Shown piece after piece: positions 37,534-45,740 of a stretch of DNA of 64,000 nucleotides; positions within the stretch are counted from its first letter, which is position 1; every line of letters starts with the position of its first letter. This DNA is from a candidate division WOR-3 bacterium. GTDB lineage: Bacteria > Hydrothermota > Tepidihabitantia > Tepidihabitantales > Tepidihabitantaceae. The DNA lies in NCBI GenBank assembly GCA_965649225.1, contig CBFGJX010000006.1, positions 44,129-108,128 of the forward strand, given 5' to 3'. Under the pieces are notes generated by a model. The model was not told the origin of the DNA, searched no databases, and was given only the letters and a program-made list of their open reading frames with translations. Made by a program: the position numbers and the translations under genes.

Positions 37534-38688
37534 CTAGCTCACCGCAAACAGCCGCAGCACCCGGCCCAGCTGCTCCAGTCCCGGTATCTTCGACAGCAAC
37601 AGCAGTACCGATGCGCCCAGGATAACCGCAAGAATGATTGCCTTGCCGTAATCCTGGCCCTTGAGTGAACCAAGCAGCAACGGTTCGCGCGAAAGATAGG
37701 CCGATGCCGCATAAAGCTCTTCGCCGATCAGGGTATAGTCGCAGGCGGTGATGAAAAAAGGCAACTGAAACACCGAATCGGTACCGGCAATCTGAATTGC
37801 CCCGGTCTGGGCCCCGGTTTCGGCCAGAATCAGCGACTCGGCCCAGAACTCACCGAGAAAGAAATTGGTGGCCGGTTTCTCCCGCACCATCAACCCGTCC
37901 ACCGCCGCGGCATAGGCGAACTGTTCTGAAGTAATGAAAAACACGTTGTCCGATTTGAAAGCGTCCGGCCGCCCGGCCTTGGTGTAGGCCTCCTTGACCA
38001 CCTCGCGCACCAGCGTATAGACAATCGGGTCGCGGTTGGGCACCAGCAGAGCCGAATCGTACTGGGCGGTCTTCTTGGCCACCTCGCCGAGGATATTGAT
38101 TGAGGCGATGGTCGCGATGCCTGACACCCCGCCCAGACCTGGAACATAAACTATCGGCCGGCCCATCTCGGTGGCACGGCCCACCGCCTCGTCAACCGCA
38201 TCCAGTCCGGCGATGCGCCGCACGAACAGCGGCTTGCCCTTGCGGGCGGTCTCGATGAAGTACAGCACCAGCGCGAAAAAGACCACCATTGCCACAAGGA
38301 TGTTTATCCGGCCGGTATTGAAGAACTGGGGTCGGGCAACCACTGGCGCCGATGGTTCGGACCAGCTGGTATCCGCTCCCGCCAGCGCCCCCACCCGGTA
38401 ACGATAGCTGACCCCGTTCGCGACGGTTTCGTCGAGGTAGGACACCTCGCCGGCCTCGGTCGCACCAACGACTGTCACCTCACCATCCGGACCGGTCCGC
38501 TCGATCACAAAACCCTCGGCACCAGCCGGGGCCTGCCAGCTCAGGGTAATACTGCGGCCCTTGTCGTTAGGCGTATCCACTGCCCTGAGCGCTGTCGGTG
38601 GCAGCAAACCCGGCGGTGGGGTTGAATCAACTGGTGCTGGTGCCGGCTGGGCGGTCAGGACCAGCAGCCCGACAAGCAGAATCATCAA
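37534..38688 (-). CDS. fibronectin type III + DUF6754-like membrane protein
   Basis: Signal peptide, FN3 (ITLSW...Y-x-D...YRYRV), TM helix, then RRIAGLDAVDEAVGRATEMGRP and LIGEELYAASAYL motifs. Confidence 0.8.
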   Translation of the reverse strand: MMILLVGLLVLTAQPAPAPVDSTPPPGLLPPTALRAVDTPNDKGRSITLSWQAPAGAEGFVIERTGPDGEVTVVGATEAGEVSYLDETVANGVSYRYRVGALAGADTSWSEPSAPVVARPQFFNTGRINILVAMVVFFALVLYFIETARKGKPLFVRRIAGLDAVDEAVGRATEMGRPIVYVPGLGGVSGIATIASINILGEVAKKTAQYDSALLVPNRDPIVYTLVREVVKEAYTKAGRPDAFKSDNVFFITSEQFAYAAAVDGLMVREKPATNFFLGEFWAESLILAETGAQTGAIQIAGTDSVFQLPFFITACDYTLIGEELYAASAYLSREPLLLGSLKGQDYGKAIILAVILGASVLLLLSKIPGLEQLGRVLRLFAVS

Positions 38689-38996
38689 GCCTCCTTAATC
38701 TCTGGCGCAGCCGGCTCACAGCAGCTGCAGGGAACCTGCCGGCACTTCGGACAGCCCTGCCGGTACTTGTTCACTGCCGACTCCAGCTCAACACCGGTCA
38801 GCGACGCAAGACTGACCAGCCAGGCAAAAACGTCGGCAAACTCCTCCTGGAGATTGGCCGGCTCGCCCCGGCGCAGGGCACGAGCCAGCTCGCCGGTTTC
38901 CTCTACCAGCCACCGGAATGTGCCGTCAAGACCGCGCCGGCTGTCTTTGGTATAGTAGATGTCACGTATCAGCCGCTGGAACTCGGCTATGGTCAC
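38685..38996 (-). CDS. MazG-like nucleotide pyrophosphohydrolase with C-terminal Cys cluster
   Basis: WLVEETGEL, EEFADVFAWL and KY-x2-GCPKC-x3-PC-x-C motifs. Confidence 0.88.
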   Translation of the reverse strand: MTIAEFQRLIRDIYYTKDSRRGLDGTFRWLVEETGELARALRRGEPANLQEEFADVFAWLVSLASLTGVELESAVNKYRQGCPKCRQVPCSCCEPAAPEIKEA

Positions 38997-39002
38997 TGCG
39001 TC

Positions 39003-39030
39003 AGTATCAGAAAAAACTTTCCATAGTCAA
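39003..39030 (-). promoter_or_regulatory. promoter, probably leaderless transcript
   Basis: TTGACT-N16-GATACT, then 6 nt to GTG 38996. Confidence 0.55.
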
Positions 39031-39254
39031 GCCACCACCGTCTGCCTCCGGCCGCTGCTCGACTGATGGCAACAGCCGCTGTCAGTTCGCTGGTGATGCC
39101 TGACCATCAATCCCAACCGCCGGGATGCCGTCCGGGCCTAGACTCATCCCCCATCCCGCCTGACCCGAACCTGCGACGAGAACCGCGGCCGGAACCGTCC
39201 GGTAGCCAACCCTGTCCTGGCCGCCTGTCAGGCAAGTCTCTGCTGTTTTGAGAA

Positions 39255-40397
39255 TTACCGCGCTGATTCCGGTTGCCCGGCGTTCGGGCCTGATTCGTGA
39301 TGTCCCCGGCGGCTGCCGGCGAAGCTGTGCCGACGACGCTCAATCATCGTGACGAAAGCTTCCAGCCGGGTAAGTACTCCGGCTTCGGCAGTATGCTCGT
39401 CAAATGACAATGCCAGATAGGGCATTGCCAGCCGTTCACTCAGCCGTTCCAGTGTCGGCTGCGCAACCGTACCAGGCATGCAACCAAACGGCCCGACATG
39501 AATCACCCCGTCATAGCCGTCTTCGACCGCCAGCACAAACTGGCCGATCGAATTCTCATCCTCCCCGCCGACACAATGCTGCCACCACCGCCGCGCCGCG
39601 TGTCGGGCCCGAATGACTTCGGTCCGGTCAAGACGCAGTCCGTGGAAGCCGAGCCAGCGGTGAGCAGTCAGAAACGGCTGTGCCTCCACCCCCAGCTCGC
39701 CCAGCCGGCGGACGATGTCAAACGTGACATAGGGCTCAATCACGCAGTAACTCTCGCCGACAATCCGCACCCGCAACGGTGCCGCAGTACTGCCCCGGGG
39801 CAGTGATTGTAGCCGGTGACAGGCCTGCCGTACGATCCGCTTCAGCCCGTCCGGCCGGTCGCACCGGTCAATTCGCTCCAGCGCCGACGACCGCAGACGG
39901 TTGCACTCTCCCTGGTCCGCCACCCGGGGCAATTCACGGCGCCAGCAGGCATCAACCGTGTCCACTGCCAGCGACTTGTACCAGCCAAGCCGGGCCGCCC
40001 GGGCTGCCCGCAGCACTGCCCGGGGCAGTGAACCGCCAGCCAGTTGCAGCACTGTCGCTGCCAGAATCCCGAGCCGGTCCCGCCGCAGCAGCAGCAGCCG
40101 GGCATGATAGCCCGCCTCCCTGATAATCTCGTACTGCAGCAGACCATAGTAGCCATAGCGACACGACCAGGATCCACCGGTGTAGACCAGTGTATCGGCC
40201 CCGGTCTCAAGACAACGCACCATGTTACCCAGCGTTATCTTGAACGGAATACACATCAGCTCCGGGGCCAGCCTGACCCCGGTCTGCACTGCCTCACTGT
40301 CCGGCGGCGGCGGCACAACTGCCTCACCACCGAGGGCGCGGATTATCGCCGCAATCGGGATGTGAATCGAACCCATGTAGGGAAAAGCAGCCCGCAT
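39255..40397 (-). CDS. acyl-CoA dehydratase activase-related protein
   Basis: FPYMG, PELMCIPFK-x2-LGN, CRYGYY, PFGCMP and DEHTAEAGVLTRLEAF motifs. Confidence 0.82.
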   Translation of the reverse strand: MRAAFPYMGSIHIPIAAIIRALGGEAVVPPPPDSEAVQTGVRLAPELMCIPFKITLGNMVRCLETGADTLVYTGGSWSCRYGYYGLLQYEIIREAGYHARLLLLRRDRLGILAATVLQLAGGSLPRAVLRAARAARLGWYKSLAVDTVDACWRRELPRVADQGECNRLRSSALERIDRCDRPDGLKRIVRQACHRLQSLPRGSTAAPLRVRIVGESYCVIEPYVTFDIVRRLGELGVEAQPFLTAHRWLGFHGLRLDRTEVIRARHAARRWWQHCVGGEDENSIGQFVLAVEDGYDGVIHVGPFGCMPGTVAQPTLERLSERLAMPYLALSFDEHTAEAGVLTRLEAFVTMIERRRHSFAGSRRGHHESGPNAGQPESAR

Positions 40398-41344
40398 CAG
40401 CGCTGGCGCAGCCGGATAACATCAACAAACGACTCGAGCCTGGTCGCCAGTCCGGCCTCACCGGTGTGCTCGTCAAACAGCAACTGAAGAACCGGAATCC
40501 TCTCACCCGAATCCTGAACCATCAACCGGATGAGCTCGTTGGTCACCGCCGATGTGCCGCAGGCAAAACTAGTCACCAGCAACAGTCCATCCACCAGCCG
40601 GCGGCCAATCAGGCCCGCCGCTGCCGACAACAACTCCTGTTCGAAAACCCAGTTCGGCAGAAACCGCGGTTTGACTGTCGAGCCGGCGGCACCAGCAACC
40701 TGCTGCCCTGCCACCGGCACCGCCCCCAATCCTTCAAGTCGTTTCAGAACATCCAATGTCAGAAGCGCATCCCGCACCAGATAATCGTGCCCGACAACCC
40801 CCACCCGCACCGGCCGGCGGCCGGCACAAGCAATGTCGTCATCGACAGCCCTGACCGAGCAGGCGCCGCCGGGACCGGCAGCAGCCGCAGCGGCAGCATG
40901 ATCCTGTTGTGCCCGGTTGTACGCCTGCCGCCACTGGCGCCCGCGGCCAAGCCGCTCTGCTATTCTGCGAAAACTCTCGGCCTCGCTCATCTGCCGTTCG
41001 TCAATCACCAGCTCCACCACCGACAGCCCCGGCAGCAACGCCCGAACCATGTCCGGCAGCGCCATCTCTTTCGGACAGCCAAAGAACAGCTCGCCCTTGA
41101 CGCGCCGACAGTCAATCCTCGGAACAAAGATTACATCGACCCTGTCCCGCAGCCTGGTCAGATGCCCCAGAAAAACCTTGCAGGGCAGACAGAGTTCCGC
41201 CGGTGCGAGTCGGACACCATCAACGACCATCCGCCGGTCAGTCGGTTCCGATACCAGCACCTCCAGCCCCAGTCCAGCCAGAAATCCGCGCCAGAGTTCC
41301 AGGTATCGGTAGGTCTGCAATGCCCGCGGCAGGCCAATGCGCAT
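40397..41344 (-). CDS. acyl-CoA dehydratase activase-related protein (DUF2229 type)
   Basis: MRIGLPRAL, ELCLPCKVFLGH, CPK-x3-LPD, SFACG and DEHTGEAGLATRLESF motifs. Confidence 0.85.
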   Translation of the reverse strand: MRIGLPRALQTYRYLELWRGFLAGLGLEVLVSEPTDRRMVVDGVRLAPAELCLPCKVFLGHLTRLRDRVDVIFVPRIDCRRVKGELFFGCPKEMALPDMVRALLPGLSVVELVIDERQMSEAESFRRIAERLGRGRQWRQAYNRAQQDHAAAAAAAGPGGACSVRAVDDDIACAGRRPVRVGVVGHDYLVRDALLTLDVLKRLEGLGAVPVAGQQVAGAAGSTVKPRFLPNWVFEQELLSAAAGLIGRRLVDGLLLVTSFACGTSAVTNELIRLMVQDSGERIPVLQLLFDEHTGEAGLATRLESFVDVIRLRQR

Positions 41345-41355
41345 CGGTATCGGCC

Positions 41356-41416
41356 AATATAAGCCGGCGTCAACCCCGGTCAAGACAATTGCCAAGACTG
41401 CAGCTGATGCTATGAT
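41356..41416. promoter_or_regulatory. divergent promoters
   Basis: Minus strand: TTGACC-N16-TATATT (41383-41356). Plus strand: TTGCCA-N16-TATGAT with extended TG (41389-41416), 5 nt before thiL ATG. Confidence 0.6.
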
Positions 41417-41421
41417 TGACA

Positions 41422-42375
41422 ATGCCGGAACGGGCGAAAAGTGAAACCCAGCTCATCCGCCTGATTGCCAGCACTGTCAAGACCCGCGGCCGGGTGCGTG
41501 TCGGCATCGGTGACGATGCCGCCGTCCTTGCCGGCGGAGTCGTGCTGACAACCGACGCCTACGCCGAAGGCGTCCACTTCAGTTCCCGCTATATGTCTGT
41601 CGTCACCATCGGTCAACGCTGTGCCTGTGCCGCACTGTCTGATGTCGTTGCGATGGCGGCTGAACCGGAAGCGCTGGTCGTGGCACTCTGTCTGCCGCAA
41701 ACGCTGACCCCTGCTGCCGTCAAAAGACTCTACCGCGGCATCGAGGGGGTCTGCGCCCGACTCGGCGCCGAAGTTGCCGGTGGCGACATTATCGCCAGCG
41801 ACCGACTGGTCATCAGCCTGACCGCCACCGGCCGAACCAGCCGGCCGATACTCCGTTCCACCGCCCGCCCCGGTGACACGGTCTATGTCACCGGCACCCT
41901 CGGCACGGCCGAAGCCGGCCGGCTCGCACTCGAAAACTCTCTGCCCGCTACCCTTTATCCGGTCCCTGTCCGGCGCCACTGTTACCCGCTGCCCCGCATC
42001 ACCGTTATGCGTCGACTGCGCCGGCAAATGCATGCTTTGATTGACACCTCGGACGGACTGGCCACCGATGCCGCCCACATCGCCTACGCCAGCGGAGTCG
42101 CGATCGAAATCGACTGTGCCCGTATCCCGCTCCATCCGCAGACCCAGCGGCTCTGCCAACAGCTCAAACTCGACCCGGTGAAGTTCGCCCTGACCGCCGG
42201 TGAGGACTACGAACTGCTGTTCACAACCGACTCAAGCCTGCCCGGACAAATCGCCGGCATCCGACTGACCCCGATCGGTCGAGTATTGACCGGCAAGGGT
42301 GTAAAGTACCGACTTGACGGCCGTGCAAGGAAACTGAACCTGCGCGGCTACGACCACCTGGCCAGCCACCCTTGA
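41422..42375 (+). CDS. thiL: thiamine-monophosphate kinase
   Basis: GIGDDAA, EGVHF, LSDVVAM, GGD, IDTSDGL and GEDYEL motifs. Confidence 0.95.
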   Translation: MPERAKSETQLIRLIASTVKTRGRVRVGIGDDAAVLAGGVVLTTDAYAEGVHFSSRYMSVVTIGQRCACAALSDVVAMAAEPEALVVALCLPQTLTPAAVKRLYRGIEGVCARLGAEVAGGDIIASDRLVISLTATGRTSRPILRSTARPGDTVYVTGTLGTAEAGRLALENSLPATLYPVPVRRHCYPLPRITVMRRLRRQMHALIDTSDGLATDAAHIAYASGVAIEIDCARIPLHPQTQRLCQQLKLDPVKFALTAGEDYELLFTTDSSLPGQIAGIRLTPIGRVLTGKGVKYRLDGRARKLNLRGYDHLASHP

Positions 42376-42402
42376 CAGACCGAAGCGTCAATGTCGATAG
42401 CC

Positions 42403-42411
42403 TGTGGATAA
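42403..42411 (-). promoter_or_regulatory. perfect DnaA box
   Basis: TGTGGATAA, i.e. TTATCCACA on the minus strand, upstream of nrdR-nrdD. Confidence 0.5.
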
Positions 42412-42489
42412 CTCGGTCAATTCTGCGTAAAGACCGCCAAATCAATCGGTTAACACGGCGGCGCTCCAAAACCCGGGCAATCCGGCAAT

Positions 42490-42530
42490 TAATTCAGCAA
42501 GTCATTTTTTGTCATACACTTGCTGAATTA
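42490..42530. repeat. 13-bp perfect inverted repeat with 15-nt spacer
   Basis: TAATTCAGCAAGT ... ACTTGCTGAATTA. Confidence 0.85.
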
Positions 42531-42550
42531 CACTAATATGATCATCAAGC

Positions 42551-42600
42551 TTGACTACTACATATAGCGCTGTACTATCCCCTGCGTCTATATGAAGTGT
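42551..42600 (+). promoter_or_regulatory. nrdR-nrdD promoter with two NrdR-box-like sites
   Basis: TTGACT-N16-TACTAT; ctaCTACATATAGcgc (42555-42570) and cgtCTATATGAAGtgt (42585-42600) resemble acaCwAtATaTwGtgt. Confidence 0.65.
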
Positions 42601-43068
42601 CCTTATTGCGCCTGTGACGACGACCGGGTATTTGATTCCCGCCCTGTCAATGACGGGGCGGCGGTACGCCGGCGCCGCGAGTGTGCCAAGTGTGGCGGTC
42701 GGTTTGTAACCTACGAATATGTTGAGCGGACGCCACTGATGGTGATAAAACGCGACGGGTCACGCCAACCCTACGACCGCAGCAAGCTGATTGCCGGCGT
42801 CATGCTCGCCTGCCGCAAGCGACCGGTCAGTCGCGACGCAATCGAGGCACTCGTTGACCGTATCGAAGCGCGAATCGGCGAGGAATACCGTCTAGAGATT
42901 CCGGCACCGGAACTGGGCGAGATGATACTGGAACAGCTGAAGGAACTCGACCCGGTGGCTTATGTCCGGTTCGCGTCCGTTTACCGCAAATTTGACAGCC
43001 CGGCGCAGTTTGTCGCCGAGCTGGAAAACCTGGAGAAGGGAGGCAGCAGTGCCCGATCCGCGTCCTGA
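42592..43068 (+). CDS. nrdR: transcriptional repressor NrdR
   Basis: MKCPYC...DSR...RRRREC-x2-C-x2-RF-x-TYE, ATP cone and VAYVRFASVYR. Confidence 0.97.
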   Translation: MKCPYCACDDDRVFDSRPVNDGAAVRRRRECAKCGGRFVTYEYVERTPLMVIKRDGSRQPYDRSKLIAGVMLACRKRPVSRDAIEALVDRIEARIGEEYRLEIPAPELGEMILEQLKELDPVAYVRFASVYRKFDSPAQFVAELENLEKGGSSARSAS

Positions 43069-45511
43069 CCAACAACCCGCGGAAGCAGAGAAAGCTCAGC
43101 AGCCCGAGCGCAATCAACCGCTGTTCACCTCGGTGCGCAAACGTACCGGCGAAATAGTGCCGTTCGACATCACCAAGATCGCTGCCGCGATCTTCAAGGC
43201 GGCGCGCTCGGCCGGTGAAGAAGACCTGAAAGAACCGGAACGGCTGGCCCAGCAGGTAGTCGCCCGGCTGTTTGCCCAGCACGGCGAACACATTCCCGAT
43301 ATCGAAGAGATTCAGGACACCGTCGAGGAAGTCCTGATCAACAACGGCCTGGCCCGAACCGCCAAGGCCTACATCCTCTACCGGGAACAGCGGGCCCAGG
43401 CCCGCCGCCGCGCCGCTCAGGCCGGAATCCAGCGGGCACTTTCCGGCAAGACCGAAGCGACCGATTTTGCCCTGTTTGTCCGGACATCGGACGACATGAT
43501 CCTGGACTGGGACCGCGCGCGCATCGCCCGGGCGCTGGTGCGCGAAACCAACCTCTCACAGGACATGGCCGACAAGATTGCCCTGGAAGTCGAGGATGTC
43601 ATCTTCTCATCCAAGGTCAAGCACGTTACCTCCAGCCTGGTGCGTGAAATCGTCAACACCAAACTGATCGAACACGGCCTCGACCAGTACCGCAAACGTC
43701 ACGAACGGCTGGGGGTGCCGATGTACGACGTCGAGCGCATCCTGCTTTTCCGCAACAAGGAAAACGCCAATATCCCCCACAATCCCGAGGCGACCAACAT
43801 GACCCTCGCCGAGTGGATCAACAAGCAGTTTGCACTGTCGTCGGTATTTTCACCCGAGGTTGCCGACGCCCACTCTTCCGGCGACATCCACCTGCATGAC
43901 CTCGGCTTCATCAACCGGCCCTACTGCTCGGGGCAGTCGCTGGAGTACGTCAAGAAGTTCGGGCTGTCATTACCCAACGCCCTGTCGATGGCCCGGCCCG
44001 CGCGGCACCCCGAAACCCTGCTCGCCCACATGGTCAAGTTCTCGGCCGCCCTGCAGGGCCATTTTGCCGGCGCCATCGGCTGGGACGCGGTCAACATCTT
44101 CTTTGCCCCGTTTCTGGTTGGCATGAGTGACCGTGATGTCCACCAGCTGGCCCAGATGCTCATCTACGAATATTCCCAGCAGAATGTTGCCCGCGGCGGC
44201 CAGGCAATTTTCTCCGACATCAACCTCTACTGGGAAACGCCGGCCCACTTTGCCGATGTCGACGCCATCGGGCCGGGTGGCAACTACACCGGCAGGAAGT
44301 ACCACGAATACGAAAGCGAAGCCCAGCGCTTCGTCCGTGCCATCTTCGACGTGTACAAGGATGGCGATGCCTCGGGCCGACCGTTCTTCTTCCCGAAACC
44401 GCTGGTCCACATGACCGAACGGTTTTTCCAGACCCCGGGCTGGCAGAGCTTCCTGCACCAGATCTGTGACGTTGCTGCCGACAAGGGCAACACTTACTTT
44501 GTCTTTGACCGGGGCGAAACCGCCAAAATCAGCGAGTGCTGCCGGCTGAGCTTCCGGCTCGAGCGCTCCGATCTCTGTGATGCCGCAACCCCGTGGAAGA
44601 TGCGCTACTCGGCGCTGCAGAACGTCACCCTCAACCTGCCCCGGGCCGCCTACCTCGCCAACCGCAACGACGAGCGGCTGTTCTCCAATCTGCGCCGGGC
44701 CCTCGACATCGCCGTCCGGGCCCACATTGAGAAACGCGCGTTCCTCATCAAGCTGCTGTCACTGAAGGCCGACGGCCCGCTGGCGCTGCTGACGATGGAA
44801 CGTGACGGCGAACCCTATCTCCGCATGCACCGGGCAACCTATCTCATCGGCATCCTGGGGCTGAACGAACTGGTCCAGTATCATCTCGGCCGCGAACTGC
44901 ACGAGGACGATGCGGCATTCCGTTTCGGCCTCAGAGTGCTGGCGTTTTTGAACATGGAGTGCCGTCGGCTTTCGGCCGAACACAAAATGCATCTGGTACT
45001 TGAACAGACCCCGGCCGAGTCCACTGCCTACCGGCTCGCCAAACTCGACCTGGAATACTACCCCGACCAGGCCCGCAGCACTGTCAAAGGGTCGATTCCG
45101 GACAATTCCGCCTACTACACCAACTCCACCTATCTGAATGTCGGCCATCCGATCAGCCCGATTGAACGGGTCTACAAGGAAGGCAAGTTTCATGACATGA
45201 TTGACGCCGGTGCCCTGACCCACGTCTGGCTGGCCGATTCCCGGCCTGCGGCCGAAGCGGTCGCCGACTTCGTTGTCAAGACATTTCGCAACACCCGCAA
45301 CGCCCAGATTGCCTTCTCGCCCGAATTCACCTCCTGCGGCAACTGCTTCCGGACCACCCGCGGCCTGCAGGAATCCTGTCCCCACTGCGGCTCGCCCGAC
45401 GTCGACTACATCACCCGCGTCACCGGCTACTTCTCTCGGGTGTCGGGCTGGAATGCCGGCAAGCGCGCGGAGCTGCTCGACCGCTACAAGCCCGGGCTCG
45501 GCGACAGCTGA
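43049..45511 (+). CDS. nrdD: anaerobic (class III) ribonucleoside-triphosphate reductase with two ATP cones
   Basis: VRKRTGEIVPFD cone, second cone, GDIHLHDLG, RPYC, ECCRL, YYTNS, CGNC/CPHC zinc site and RVTGY glycyl-radical motif; GGAGG SD before GTG 43049. Confidence 0.95.
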   Translation: MPDPRPDQQPAEAEKAQQPERNQPLFTSVRKRTGEIVPFDITKIAAAIFKAARSAGEEDLKEPERLAQQVVARLFAQHGEHIPDIEEIQDTVEEVLINNGLARTAKAYILYREQRAQARRRAAQAGIQRALSGKTEATDFALFVRTSDDMILDWDRARIARALVRETNLSQDMADKIALEVEDVIFSSKVKHVTSSLVREIVNTKLIEHGLDQYRKRHERLGVPMYDVERILLFRNKENANIPHNPEATNMTLAEWINKQFALSSVFSPEVADAHSSGDIHLHDLGFINRPYCSGQSLEYVKKFGLSLPNALSMARPARHPETLLAHMVKFSAALQGHFAGAIGWDAVNIFFAPFLVGMSDRDVHQLAQMLIYEYSQQNVARGGQAIFSDINLYWETPAHFADVDAIGPGGNYTGRKYHEYESEAQRFVRAIFDVYKDGDASGRPFFFPKPLVHMTERFFQTPGWQSFLHQICDVAADKGNTYFVFDRGETAKISECCRLSFRLERSDLCDAATPWKMRYSALQNVTLNLPRAAYLANRNDERLFSNLRRALDIAVRAHIEKRAFLIKLLSLKADGPLALLTMERDGEPYLRMHRATYLIGILGLNELVQYHLGRELHEDDAAFRFGLRVLAFLNMECRRLSAEHKMHLVLEQTPAESTAYRLAKLDLEYYPDQARSTVKGSIPDNSAYYTNSTYLNVGHPISPIERVYKEGKFHDMIDAGALTHVWLADSRPAAEAVADFVVKTFRNTRNAQIAFSPEFTSCGNCFRTTRGLQESCPHCGSPDVDYITRVTGYFSRVSGWNAGKRAELLDRYKPGLGDS

Positions 45512-45518
45512 ACACAAA

Positions 45519-45740
45519 ATGCGCCTGGCCGTACTGGTCAAGCCTGGCGCGAAACAGGAGCGAGCGATCCGTCAGCCGGACGGGTCGCTCTGCATCTGGG
45601 TGCGGGAACGGGCTCAGGAAGGCCGCGCCAACACGGCGGTCTGCCGAGTCGTCGCCGAAATCTACGGCCTGCCGCGCTCAGCCGTCAGAATCACCGCCGG
45701 CCACCGCAGCCGGCACAAGATAATCGAGCTGCCGGACTAG
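45519..45740 (+). CDS. DUF167 (YggU-like) protein
   Basis: VKPGAK, EGRANTAV and G-x2-SR-x-K motifs. Confidence 0.85.
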   Translation: MRLAVLVKPGAKQERAIRQPDGSLCIWVRERAQEGRANTAVCRVVAEIYGLPRSAVRITAGHRSRHKIIELPD

